63,893 nucleotides of DNA, filler included, from Globobulimina sp. (GCA_003354225.1; 31 parts of 31 records of this genome joined end to end with filler, not necessarily neighbours in it); one strand, 5' to 3'. Shown: positions 49,558 through 61,831, counted from the first letter of the whole stretch. The notes: a model not told the origin generated them from the letters alone. Translations and numbers: made by a program.

Positions 49558-51520
49558 TTTGGTTCAAAGCTCTGTAGTCGACACAGAACCTTAGCGTATT
49601 GTCTTTCTTCTGGACCAGAACAACTGGACTCGCCCATGGACTGATTGATGGTCGGATGACCTTCTGTGCGAGCATTTTGTCAATGTGTTGTTTCAGAACT
49701 TCGCGCTGTGCAAATGGTACACGATAAGGTTTTTGATGTAATGGACCTTGACCTTGTGTATCAATTCGATGTTGAAGTACAGTACAGTGTCCAAGGTCTT
49801 TGTCATCTTTGGCAAAAACGGTATGATTCTGTATGAGCAGGTCACAAATCTCCTTCTTTTCTTGTTCAGAAAGATCTGAGTTTGTAAGGTCTATTTGTTT
49901 TATTAATTGTTCTTTGATGGAATCATCAGCTGTTGAATCTTCACTATAATTATGATCTTTTCTCTGATTTTTGGTCCATTTTGATGCAAGATTTCGGATT
50001 GGACATTTTCTTCTCCGTTTGGATTGTCTTCTAATCACATGACTATTTTGTTCAATAGTGGTATGGAAGATGTTGATCATTCTTTGAAATCCTTCAGCCA
50101 TTCCCAAGCGAGTTCCTCTAAACAGTCTTATTGGGGCTCTACCTGGGTTTAGTAGTTTAATTCGGCCATAGGATTGTCCGGCAGGAAGTATTATTTTGGC
50201 TGCAAACAATTGATATCTTTGTGACAGTGTCGGGTTTGGTTCAAAGATCAAATCTGGGTGTTCTGGATTTCCTTTAATTTGAGCTGACAAAATAACTTCT
50301 GATCTTGCTGGAATTATTTCATCATTGGCCAAAGTAACTTCCCACTTTTCATGAGAAGGTTGGGTGTTTCTGTTGTACAAGCCAATTGGTATTGCTTTAC
50401 CTTTTATGAACAATTTTTGTCGTGGAAAGTCAAAAGAAAATCGTCCAATCTGTTGTAGGAAGTCCAAACCAATCAGACATGCAAATGGTAATGTTGGCGT
50501 GACTAGAACTTGTTGTAATCGTGTATATGGTCCTACTCGGATTTCCAATGTGGTCATTCCAATAATGTTCACTTTTTCTCCATTAACTGAATTAGCTTTC
50601 TCATGTGATGGTAAAATTACCGGAACTGGATTCATCCTTTGTATTAAAGAATATCGTACCAATGTTGGTGTAGATCCTGTATCCAGCAGTACAACACGGG
50701 GAAGCCCTTGTATATGGGCCAGAATTGTTAGGTGCTCCATGGTAGCTTTTGATGACATTTCGTAATTGACATTACAAGTCAATTGAGGGTAAACACTCTG
50801 TGGATGGTATGTCACAATCTGACTGGCTGTGTTGGCTTGTATTGATTGTAATTCATCACGTGTGAGATATAGATTTCGTCTAATCCTATTCTGTGTCTGT
50901 CTGCGACTAGAAAGAGTTGGTCTGGGTGGTATTCTTGGAAGTTCTGTTCCATCTTCATCAACAACAGTAACCTGTGATCTTCTGTCCTCTTGCTCTGAAG
51001 CAATTCTCAACATTGGTGTTGGTTGACTTATGATTACTGTTGGTTCAATGGTAGGCAATGCTGGGCTTGGTGGATAAAACCGTTCATGCATTTGATGTCC
51101 CCAATTCCAGACCCCAGCTGCCATGTCAGGTACACTTGTTGCAAAGGCCTCGCGTTTTTGGACCGGGCAGCAATGTACTATGAACATTTGTCCATATACA
51201 TATACCACAGCAATGAAGATTATAATTCCTTTGATTCCAACTGGATAACCTGAGAGGAAACTGAACATGCCCTGGTCCACTATGTTTGTTGCTGTCTGTC
51301 TTGCTGCTTGACTTGGAGGTCCATTCAGTGATAATCCAAGTTCTTGGAGTACTTGTTGTTGTTGGTTAGCACTAGTCAATATGTCATTCAGGCTAATATG
51401 AGAGTCAAGTTCATTCCATCCATACATATGAATCTGTCTGAAAACTGTGTTTTCCTTTGGCATCTGTAAGGTCACGTTCCAGTGAAACATGTTTAATGGA
51501 ATTGCACTGCGAATTGGTTG
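49558..51520 (-). mobile_element. Ty3/gypsy LTR retrotransposon polyprotein fragment: env-like TM region, aspartic protease, degenerate dUTPase-like linker, start of RT
   Basis: Single frame open across the contig; LLDTGS (D at 50681-50683), LIGLDFL, KPYRVP, SPWASPVVLVQKKDNTLRFCVDYRALN. Confidence 0.93.
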
Positions 51521-51670
51521 NNNNNNNNNNNNNNNNNNNNNNNNNNNNNNNNNNNNNNNNNNNNTTAATTAATTAANNNNNNNNNNNNNNNNNNNNNNNN
51601 NNNNNNNNNNNNNNNNNNNNAAGAATATTAATTTTATTGTTGCAAAAATATAAGGCATAAATAAATAAAA

Positions 51671-52591
51671 CTATCTAATATTTTGAGTATCATTTGGATC
51701 AATTCCAGTCTCTGCTATTTGATAATCACCAATATCGCTATCATGATCAACATAATCATCCTCTAATAATTGTTTAATTTGTTGATATCTTTTCTTTGTG
51801 GAACAAACAATAATTTTTACACCAATATAAATTTTAACAAATACGACAGCAATAATTAAAAACTTTGCGTATCCAGAAGGTGAAAAAAATCCAGATTCAG
51901 CAAATGCAAACATAACAACACCAAATATAACAAATAATACAATTACGCAACAACACGCCATAACTTCTGCAGCTAAAATATAAGACGGCATAAATATAAT
52001 AATATTTCGAAATTTCAGAAATTTATAATGTTTTGGATCTGAACCGTACAACAAAAGGCGTACGGCAATAAATATTGACATTGTAAACGTAGCATCTGCG
52101 ATAGCGCTGCAATCAATTATTTCCAAACTTAAATATGTGGCATATAATTGGATATAATATCCGGTTGGGACCGATTTGCTTGCCGTTGTTTCATAAAACG
52201 ACCAATCATAACTCACTGCAACTAATGTAAGCGCGGGCAGTAAAATATACATTATACTCATCCAAATAATACACGATTTCTCCATCAAATAAATAAACAT
52301 TTCACCGACTGTGCCTTCAACGACATCATGTAACAGCGCTTCGAGTGCATATAATGCACATAATAACATTGGGAAAGATATCCAAAGACAAACAATTGAG
52401 ATTTCTGCTTTTTTACGATGACCAGATGATGATAATTCATTATGTAAAGCTATAACATCTTCCTCATTTCTTACATCATAAATTGGATAACTAATTGTGT
52501 TGAAAATCCATGCACAACAAAATAATAATTGCGACAATATCATACATATGCCTGCAATTCTTATTGTTATTCTTGACGGTAAAGCTGACAT
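51671..52591 (-). CDS. Multi-pass membrane protein, unknown function
   Basis: About six hydrophobic helices in a 306-aa ORF. Confidence 0.7.
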   Translation of the reverse strand: MSALPSRITIRIAGICMILSQLLFCCAWIFNTISYPIYDVRNEEDVIALHNELSSSGHRKKAEISIVCLWISFPMLLCALYALEALLHDVVEGTVGEMFIYLMEKSCIIWMSIMYILLPALTLVAVSYDWSFYETTASKSVPTGYYIQLYATYLSLEIIDCSAIADATFTMSIFIAVRLLLYGSDPKHYKFLKFRNIIIFMPSYILAAEVMACCCVIVLFVIFGVVMFAFAESGFFSPSGYAKFLIIAVVFVKIYIGVKIIVCSTKKRYQQIKQLLEDDYVDHDSDIGDYQIAETGIDPNDTQNIR

Positions 52592-52624
52592 TGACAAGCC
52601 TCGAAGAAAGTTTTTGTTTAAATT

Positions 52625-53215
52625 TTAATGAGGCAACAAAGTAACACAATCGCCTTGATTAAACATGCACACCGCAGCCCTATATTTACCACGTTCAATA
52701 TCATGAGATTTGCCGAAATCTTGTCCATTTATTTTAAAAAAGAGTGCTAAGTGCTCAAAATCCAATATCATTTCAATGATTGTTCCTGTTCTGCATTTAC
52801 ATACATCAAAAGAGAATGATTTATGTCCGAAATAAGTATCATTTTGTGGAGGGTCAGTTTTATTCCGCATTTTACAAATACCAATTCTAAGGTAACCAGC
52901 CCATGGTTGGCATTGTGTAATTTTAAATGACCACTCATGAACTCCATATTCCGCAATGCGCGCAAGATATGAGCTGGAAAATCAGACAGTAGTTACAATT
53001 ACAGAATCATCCATCAACTGCATTTTGGTGCCAATGTATTGTGTGTCCCATTCATCCACTTCAAATGTAAAAAACAATAAACACAGATCTGCAACAGCTT
53101 TGGGAGGATTGTAATTGACATTTGAGACTCGTGCTAAAGGACGAACATAACCATGTACAATATCCTTTTTTCTCTGCGGCATTTTGTTGAGTCTTTGTAA
53201 ATCTACAGCTGACAT
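52625..53215 (-). pseudogene. SPRY/B30.2-like protein with one in-frame TGA at 52982-52984
   Basis: IVHGYVR leader; GVHEWSFKI...LRIGI; GTIIEMILDF...FKINGQDFG...YRAAVCM in the same frame either side of the stop. Confidence 0.7.
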
Positions 53216-53683
53216 GGTGACAACTACAGCACCAAATTAAAAAACTGCCCTGTTTCAGTGACCATGGCGCATCGCAAGAAATCAAATTACTCCCAACGCA
53301 CCATGCATACCCAGCAAACCCATAAATCCATGACACGACAATCAAAACGAAAACGATATCCCAAACGTGTCCGTAATCCAAATACCCCAAAACAGAATCA
53401 TGGCCCTGTACCTCCTGCAAACTTTCGACAAAGTTCGTTACAAATACAAGATCACCACCACCATCACCAACATACAAGATCGCAATACTCTCATCACACA
53501 CACTCGCATTCTACCTTCGAACAAAGTAATTACAAACAATATAGAAAGAATCATGATTTGCTCTCAGACATTCCAAGCGATCANNNNNNNNNNNNNNNNN
53601 NNNNNNNNNNNNNNNNNNNNNNNNNNNTTAATTAATTAANNNNNNNNNNNNNNNNNNNNNNNNNNNNNNNNNNNNNNNNNNNN

Positions 53684-55645
53684 TGTCAGCATAACGGCTG
53701 ATGGTGATTATACACCTTTGTTGTATGAATTTGGATATAGAATGGCTGATGATGATGGCGATGAAATTAAATATTATTTACACGATGGATTATTATCTGA
53801 ATCAGTATTTTCTGACTTCTATTTACCGATTGGTGACTTTATTTTATTTGCACACGCATACGATTCTCAATCGGCAGTGGTTTCAGATGCAATGGAATGT
53901 TCACGTACTTTGACTTCGTATTCAGAATGTGACGATTTTACAGATTTATTGTTTCTGGACAATGCTCAATCTGAATCAGCGAAAAAACGGCATATTTTGC
54001 AACAAAGTATGATTTATTTACAATACTTAGATAAATATGACGGTGGCAATGAAGAATGCGTTGAACAACAATTAGTACATATTTTAGATATTGTGTATCA
54101 ATATTTTGTCGGTGAAAATGATGATATTTGTAATCAACATAAAATCATTGAATTAACACAAACAATGACGAGTTTATTATCATTAATGAACCAACAAAAT
54201 ATGGCAATGTATGCAGATGAGAGAGTATATGGTGAGATTACAGAGTTATTATTTATTGTATTAGATCCATGTTTATATATTATGGATGAGATTGAAAATC
54301 TGAAAGATTTAGTTATATCTCAAAACTCCGTCATTGCACAGATAGCAATCATTAAATATAATGATAATGATATCTCCACATATTTATCACCAATCATATC
54401 CGAGATCGCATGTCAAACGTTATTATTTCGTATGATATCATCAATTATTCCGATGATAAAATATTTAAACGACATAGAAATATATGAATTATTATCCTCG
54501 TCGATATACATTGCACAAATGGTTGACATTTCAGTCTCAATATCCGGGGAGAATAATCTTCGACAATTTGATTTATTTTCGATATATTCAGCCAGAATCT
54601 CGGGCAAAAGTATTAATATCGATGTGCAAAACATAAATGTTTATATTCCAACTGATGTCACAATGGTCGCTAATGATAATAACTCACCATTTGAAGGAAC
54701 GGATGTATTGATAACAGCACGTGATACATTAGCAAATAATGTGGTGGTAAATGCTGATAATGACGAGTTTGAAGGGCGAGTCTCTGGCAAATCAATATCA
54801 ATTACAGTATTATCAGAGACTGTGGATATATCAGATTTGCCATCAAATATTGAATTTACATTTGAATGTGAGGAGGAGGATGAAGACGTTTGTCAGTCAA
54901 TGCAATGTGTTTGGCATAATGAAGAGGACGATATTTGGTATAAGGATGGCTGTGATACAATTATTAATAGGGATGGTAATGACATCCAATGTTCATGCAA
55001 ACATTTAACAACCTTTGCTATCATTTATAATATGCAAGAAACAGAAACAAACACAAATGTATTTATTGACAATGAATCGTCACAAATTGATATATCTATG
55101 CATTGGATCTTAGCAGCAATGTTTTTAATGATAACATGTTATGTTATGTATCAAATCTATCCCTTTTTTGTCAAAAAAAGTCAATTAAATTGGAAACACA
55201 GAGCCGTTTTTGTGATGATGTTGGTTGGAATTACTGCGTTTTTATATTTTTTAATTTGTATGGAATATTTATTTTTTGCAGCAATGTCCATTCAAGTAAT
55301 GTCATTATTGTTATTATTGCCACATATTACATATCTATTGATATTTTCAGCATTATTTTTTACGTTGTTCACATTGGCACATTCATTTAATACAAATATT
55401 GAGTACATTCGTGATAAATTACGACATTATTTAATTGGGTTAAATGTTATTGTTATTTTAATGTTATTTATTTATTATATATTAATAGTTTGTAATGCGA
55501 ATGAAATCGTATTCAAAATAGCATCCTTTGCATGGTCCGGATTAACGACCGTCATAACAGTCATTATTACAATTTATGCCATAATACTCCGTGATATTCG
55601 TGCTTTGGAGCAGCAAATGGCAGATCAGCCATGCAGAAGATTTAC
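53684..55645 (+). CDS. REJ-like / GAIN-GPS / multi-TM receptor (adhesion-GPCR or polycystin-1-like), both ends truncated
   Basis: GPS: CVWHNEEDDIWYKDGC...IQCSCKHLTTFA; five TM helices follow; FYLPIGDFILFAHAYD resembles the REJ end. Confidence 0.85.
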
Positions 55646-55745
55646 NNNNNNNNNNNNNNNNNNNNNNNNNNNNNNNNNNNNNNNNNNNNTTAATTAATTA
55701 ANNNNNNNNNNNNNNNNNNNNNNNNNNNNNNNNNNNNNNNNNNNN

Positions 55746-57707
55746 TTGTCGACAAAAACGGTTAACGATTTTTTAGTGTATAACCAATTTAAGACACATT
55801 GAGAATCGGTCCATAGAGTTGTTTGAGCAATTGGAAGATGAAGTTGAGATGTGACAAATTTGAGAGCACGTACACCAATTAAGACAGCTAACAATTCTAG
55901 CCGAGGAATGCTTAATCCAATCTTAGGGGCTAAGCGACATTTAGAAAATATTAAATTACAAGTTGAACGATCCTTGGATACAACTTGTAAATAAATACAT
56001 GTAGCATAACTAATTGCTGATGCGTCACAAAAGCAGAGTAAATTGAAATTAGTTTCTGTTACGGTAGACTCTGCAATAAATCGTGGTATAGCATACTCAG
56101 CAATATTATTTAAATTTGTAGCAATTTCACACCACTTTGAAGTTAAAGTATTAGAAAGTACAGTATCCCATTCAAGTTTTTGTGACCATAAGGTTCGTAT
56201 GAAACCTTTGGCTTGTAAGGTAACCGGTGTAAAGAAACCTAACGGATCATAAATAGAGGCATGTGCTCGCATAACCTCTCTTTTTGTATTAGCATTAGAG
56301 AACTTTTGACTGTCGTAACCAGGAATATACATACAGTCTTTTTTAGTATCCCATTTTATACCCAGTACTTTAAATATAGTCCCATCAGCTCGATGAACTG
56401 CGGGAATTTTTTCCAAAAATTCCTCAGAATTTGAGCTCCATTCGCGCAAATTCAGAGAAACACTTGTAAATATTTTCTGTGCCTGCGTGTATAGTTCGAA
56501 TGCGGCTTCAATAGTTGCCGTACCAGTAACCAAATTGTCTACATAAATGTCGTTTTTTAGTAATAACGATATTTCGGTGCTATACTGTTCCAATAAATGA
56601 ATTATAACAGCCGCAAGTTTGAACGGGCTTGAAATAACACCGAAAGGTACTCGACAAAATCGATAAACTTGTAAATTGCCATCGATTTTGTGTAATTTAG
56701 CGTTAGCAAACCAGAAAAAGCGTATAACATCTCTGTCAGGTATTTGTAATCCAATATTTAGAAAGGCTTTTTCTATGTCTGCTAATATAGCTACTTTATG
56801 TAACCGAAAACGAAGTAATAAACCACATAAATCATTTAGTAAATTTGGCCCTTTATAGAGGCACTCATTTAGAGATTTATTACCCTTTTTAGTTTTAGCC
56901 GAAGCATCATACACAATACGTACCTTAGTAGTTGTTTTAGTTGGGGTTACCACTGCATGATGTGGAATATAATGCTTTATTGGACCTTCTTCTGTTGTTG
57001 AAGTCACTTTTTCAATTATTCCCAATTGTTCTTGTTCTTGAATAATTGCATCATATTTCTCCAGTATTTGGGGGTTGGGAAATAGTCGATTTTTGGCATT
57101 CGACTTGAAGCGACTTAGTGCGAGGCCTTTATTTTCGGGTAAATCAGGTTCCTTTTCTTTCCAAGGCCATTTTACCGAATATCGATTATCTTCAATTTTG
57201 ACCGTGTCATAAAAATTATCTAAAGCGATTTTATCATCCGGAAGTTTTGGGGGGTCGGTTATACCGATATTTTCGAGTTCCCAAAAGGTTTCGGTATCAG
57301 GTATGACCGGAAGTGAAAGTTCTGGAGCGGTCAAATAACTGTTTGGTAACGGCGAAGTGTTACCGTAAGTAACGCAAAAAAAATTGGTTTCGAACCCCTT
57401 ATAATTTTGGTCAGTTTCAATTTCGCCTGAAAGATACCAGCCAAATGTTGATTTTTGTAAAAATAAGTTTTCCGTTAATGCGATTTGTTCTAAAAGTAAA
57501 AATTTTAAGTAATAATTATTTCCTAATAGAAAATCAATATCGACATGTTCGATAGCCTCTGGACATGGATCTGCTAAAGTATTTCGTTCAACAGGTATAG
57601 GTACCGTAAGTGGTATTCGTGTCATTTGACATGTTGAAATATTAGGTACAATATACACTTTAATTGGCACTTTTGGGCCGTTTTTAGGAAAAACTATCAT
57701 TTTCGCA
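55746..57707 (-). mobile_element. BEL/Pao LTR retrotransposon pol fragment (RT and RNase H region)
   Basis: YIPHHAV, KVRIVYDAS, SLNECLYKGP, ADIEKAFL, RVPFGVISSPF, YVDN, YDPLG, FCDAS, SIPRLEL, WTDS. Confidence 0.97.
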
Positions 57708-57807
57708 NNNNNNNNNNNNNNNNNNNNNNNNNNNNNNNNNNNNNNNNNNNNTTAATTAATTAANNNNNNNNNNNNNNNNNNNNNNNNNNNNNNNNNNNNN
57801 NNNNNNN

Positions 57808-58041
57808 TTTAATAATTTTATCGAGGATGGCTATGAGGATATGCTTACAATTACAAATAGCATCAATGAGCAGGATTTAATCGATATGGCCATCCACAAA
57901 AAAGGACATCGCAAAAAAATTCTTATTTTCATTCAAAAATATAAACAGAATCAGAAAAATCCGCAAATTCCGCAATATTCACAAATTGAAGGCGGTATCC
58001 ATGCCATTGTTGCTCCGAATATTCAAGATACTGCTAAATAA
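57808..58041 (+). CDS. C-terminal SAM domain fragment
   Basis: FIEDGYEDML...EQDLIDMAIHKKGHRKKIL. Confidence 0.8.
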   Translation, partial: FNNFIEDGYEDMLTITNSINEQDLIDMAIHKKGHRKKILIFIQKYKQNQKNPQIPQYSQIEGGIHAIVAPNIQDTAK

Positions 58042-58273
58042 ATAATAATAATGTATTGTTTTGTTTTGTTGTCAAATAATTAGTTATAGATCTTTGTTTT
58101 TTTAATGGTCACATATTGGGACTGTTTCCGAACAAAATTATGGTCGGCGTTTCACGTACAATAACCTAGTAACGCTTAATTAAAAGATTATATATATATA
58201 AATACTGTATATGTCTAAGCATATATGTGGCCGCAATAAAAACACAGTGCAAGGAGAGAGGAAAATAATTATG

Positions 58274-59248
58274 TTAAACGTTTTGCTGATTGCTGATTTT
58301 TAATAACTCACCAAAATTTTGTCGAATTTTATAGATTATTTGCGATAAACCTGTATCGAGTGTCCTTGTTTGATCCATTGCTTCGATGCTATTTATCTGA
58401 ATTTGTAATGGATGCACATTTTGAAAATAAATATTGACATTATCCAGGTGGCCATGCTGTTGTTTTTTTGTCTTTTGGGAATTCCAGGTCAGGTTTGATA
58501 AATAATCGACAATCATTATGTTATTGTAAGCAGTCAAATTATATCCAAACCTGGTCAAATCCAGAAACGATTTCATCTTCATATCATTTCTCGCGATAAC
58601 ACCATCAAACTGAAATGTATTTGGTTCCTCATAACTTCCCGCTTCCCAATAATTATAATACATTTCCATAAATATGACCGATGGTAATACATAATGAGGA
58701 TATGTTTTTTCATAGATCACAATATCTGAATCATGCATTGTGTCTGCAATAAGATCCATTGCGCCATTTCTAACCATTGAAACACTGTCCAAAGTGACGA
58801 AGCCTGCTGCATTCCGCTCATTTTCCTGTACGATATGAGGCAAAAAAAACAATGATTGGCCTGGCGGCAAATGTAATGTGGCAGCGAGTATATGTTCTAT
58901 AGTTAACACCAATAAATTTGGAGATTGAGAATTATTCAGATTTCTGGTTGAAAATGTTCGGTCCGTCACACCAAGATAATTGTTTACATTGTGTGTATCC
59001 ATTAACTGGTAATATCTCAATGAACAGACAGTTTGTAATCCTCCGTCTTCGGCTTCATTTAATAAGGGTAATGACTGAACAATGTAAAAACAATCATTTT
59101 TGATTTGTGAATCTATGAAAATTCGTGAATCTTCCGAATCGGAGCTCGAGGGTTCGAATTCATGATTGGTTGTTTGCACTGTATTGCAATTGGTGTAAAT
59201 CCAACCGACACCCAATAAACAGGCAAAGCCAAGTGTAGCAAGCAGCAT
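58274..59248 (-). CDS. N-terminally anchored or secreted hypothetical protein
   Basis: MLLATLGFACLLGVGWIY hydrophobic start; 324-aa ORF. Confidence 0.65.
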   Translation of the reverse strand: MLLATLGFACLLGVGWIYTNCNTVQTTNHEFEPSSSDSEDSRIFIDSQIKNDCFYIVQSLPLLNEAEDGGLQTVCSLRYYQLMDTHNVNNYLGVTDRTFSTRNLNNSQSPNLLVLTIEHILAATLHLPPGQSLFFLPHIVQENERNAAGFVTLDSVSMVRNGAMDLIADTMHDSDIVIYEKTYPHYVLPSVIFMEMYYNYWEAGSYEEPNTFQFDGVIARNDMKMKSFLDLTRFGYNLTAYNNIMIVDYLSNLTWNSQKTKKQQHGHLDNVNIYFQNVHPLQIQINSIEAMDQTRTLDTGLSQIIYKIRQNFGELLKISNQQNV

Positions 59249-59643
59249 GTTTCAGTTTTTCGACTGAAGTGCGATGTTTTTTAAGATTAAAAACCTTAAA
59301 TAAATCTTTTTCCAATGAATAAATCAGATATCAAAAATACGTTACACCACACCCAGCCAAAATAAAACTGCTCGCCTTATTTTAGGTTGAATTCCTTGAT
59401 TCCATTAAAAATATAAAACTTTTCCATACATTATGGTCGTCGAATTTGCTCAAAATTTGCAAATAGACTAAACAGAACACAACGAACAACATACTAAGAG
59501 CAAACATACGGCACTCAAAGTGAACCAGGTTTTTGTACTTGGTTAGATATTCTTGTATTTTAATATTCTTTCTCTCAGTCTTCCTCACTCTCCAACTCCT
59601 TTCCACAACACCTTGCCTTTCACAACCAATCGTATTCAACAAC

Positions 59644-59769
59644 ATGCTTTATTGCATTGGATATAATGGGTGTGGTGAATTTGGTGATGGTGATACCAAA
59701 GAGATAAAACAATTAAGTGCACCAAATTGGAACCAAAACCTACGCATTGCACAGATTTATAATGGATAT
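59644..59769 (+). CDS. RCC1-repeat protein, N-terminal fragment
   Basis: MLYCIGYNGCGEFGDG. Confidence 0.6.
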
Positions 59770-59869
59770 NNNNNNNNNNNNNNNNNNNNNNNNNNNNNNN
59801 NNNNNNNNNNNNNTTAATTAATTAANNNNNNNNNNNNNNNNNNNNNNNNNNNNNNNNNNNNNNNNNNNN

Positions 59870-60302
59870 GTCGTTTTGGTACCGATACCGTCTCCTGGTG
59901 TTTTGCTTTGCCGTCCATGGCGATGGCGACGGACGACGTACAGAGCGTATTTGCTTGCATGTCTCTTTTTATTCCGTCGCGCCTCAAATATGTGTCTGCA
60001 TACCATGGTCCTTTCCCTCCGCTTATATCCGTACCATAATCACACAGTGTTCCATCAGTCCATTCAAAATTATCTGCTGCAGTTTCGTCAGTTAAACCAA
60101 TCCAACAATCTTTTGTTGTTGCATTGCATAGTGATTTGGCTTCCTCATTTTGTGTTGAATTGTGTATTGATGCCAAATGTGTATCGTAATAAAATAAACA
60201 TAAAGCATCTGCAGACCAAAACAATGCACTCATATCGTTCAGTATATAATTAGTTGCAAAGTTGACATGAATGATAACAAATAGCCATAGCATCAGGCAC
60301 AT
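59870..60302 (-). CDS. C-type lectin domain protein, incomplete domain
   Basis: Signal peptide; WSADALC, HLASIHNSTQN, CWIGLTD, FEWTDGT. Confidence 0.8.
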
Positions 60303-60653
60303 GTATAACAAATCAAGTTGACATGCTTAATTAAACGCAACTTAAAATCTTTATGCTTTATACTTTTGTTACTAGCTTTATGCTCACCGACTGCTTCAGG
60401 TAGGATTCCCTGATATTTATTGTGCAAATCCTGATATTTATTGTGCAAATCATGATACTTAAGCTACGAGCACATAAGGAAATATGAATGTAAAATATGA
60501 GGTGGATAATAATGAATAGTATAGTGCAACTGTTGCACACTGAATTTTTGTCGAAAAAATAAATTATTATTAGAGTATAATACGTGCATAAAATAAGAAA
60601 CATAATCAAAATCTCACTAAATAACGAAAAACAAAATTAATTTCTGATTATTA

Positions 60654-61831
60654 TCATGATGTTATTCCACCAATGTTTGTATTTGCTGTTTCTTTTTCCT
60701 CTTTAGTTTCAATGATATTATCATTCGCAGTAAATCCTGCTCCTCCGGCTGCCCTTCCTTTAGTTATTAACCGTTGCCTTTCATTCCCACTCTCCTCCGG
60801 CGTGTCCGCGACATCGCCCATTAAGCCCGCCGACAACAATGACGCCTCAATAATAATATGCTGAACATCATTAAATACCTTTTGTACATTATTCTGATCC
60901 GTGGCGCAGGTACAATGCGTATAAACTGTTTTTCTTTTTGGTTTCCGATTTAAACTCATAAACTGCGCCTTTATATAATCCGTGGTCTCGTCATATGACA
61001 TTTGATCGCCATTATAATCTTTAAATCTCTCACATAATGTTATTGCTTTATTATCTGTTATTTTCTCCACAAATAAGTCTTTTTTGTTTAGAAATAATAT
61101 CATTGAGGTCTTGTCAAAATATATATTATTACATATTTTATCAAATAGCAACAATGTGTCCATCATTGAATTTGTATCCTCGTCTTCGAACATTACTTCA
61201 TCGTAGCAACTAAATATAACAATTTTCACGCATATTTAACTCAAACTCTTTCCATATGCATAGGCATGCAAATTTTAAACGTTTTTGTGCAAATTTTAAC
61301 TGTATACAAACGTAGGCAAATACAGCGAATATGTATTATAATTATCTCACAACAGAATTATAATAATATTCGCATATGAAAATAAGCAAAATATGCATGG
61401 AAATTGCAAGTAAAATGGACCTCAATGAAGCAACAAAAATGACAGCAGTCACACCCTCAAAACAGTGAATCCATTTTTTGCGCTCCGATTTTTGTCCGCC
61501 AACATCAAATATATGAAATCGATTTTTTTGGATAGCAAACGTTTGTTCAATGACACCCGTTGTACGATATCGCACCATTAATATATCAGTGGTATCCGGC
61601 ACATATTGCTTATCCATAATAACATCAATTTTATCCCAAAAATACGCCGAGGAATCTTCAATTTTCATAGTTGCTCTGTGCTCATAAATAGATTTTATTA
61701 ATGCTTCGGCCCACAATGCTTTGCAGGCGTCGGCCATTCGCAATGTTAATGTATGATCTTTGTCGGATTGGATTATAGCAATTGCTTTTTGAGCGTTGTC
61801 TGATAATTCGTCAAATGGGTTTTGTCTTTTC
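60654..61831 (-). CDS. Heterotrimeric G-protein alpha subunit (intron 61210..61420), 5'-truncated
   Basis: RYRTTG, DVGGQKSERKKWIHCF, VASLS-CYDE, LFLNKKD, TCATD. Confidence 0.96.

Noticed and set aside
1643-52984. Alternative genetic code suggested by in-frame stops
   Set aside because: Conserved genes end normally at TAA (TRM13, UBC13), TAG (PEPCK) and TGA (Pol alpha); most apparent internal stops lie inside introns
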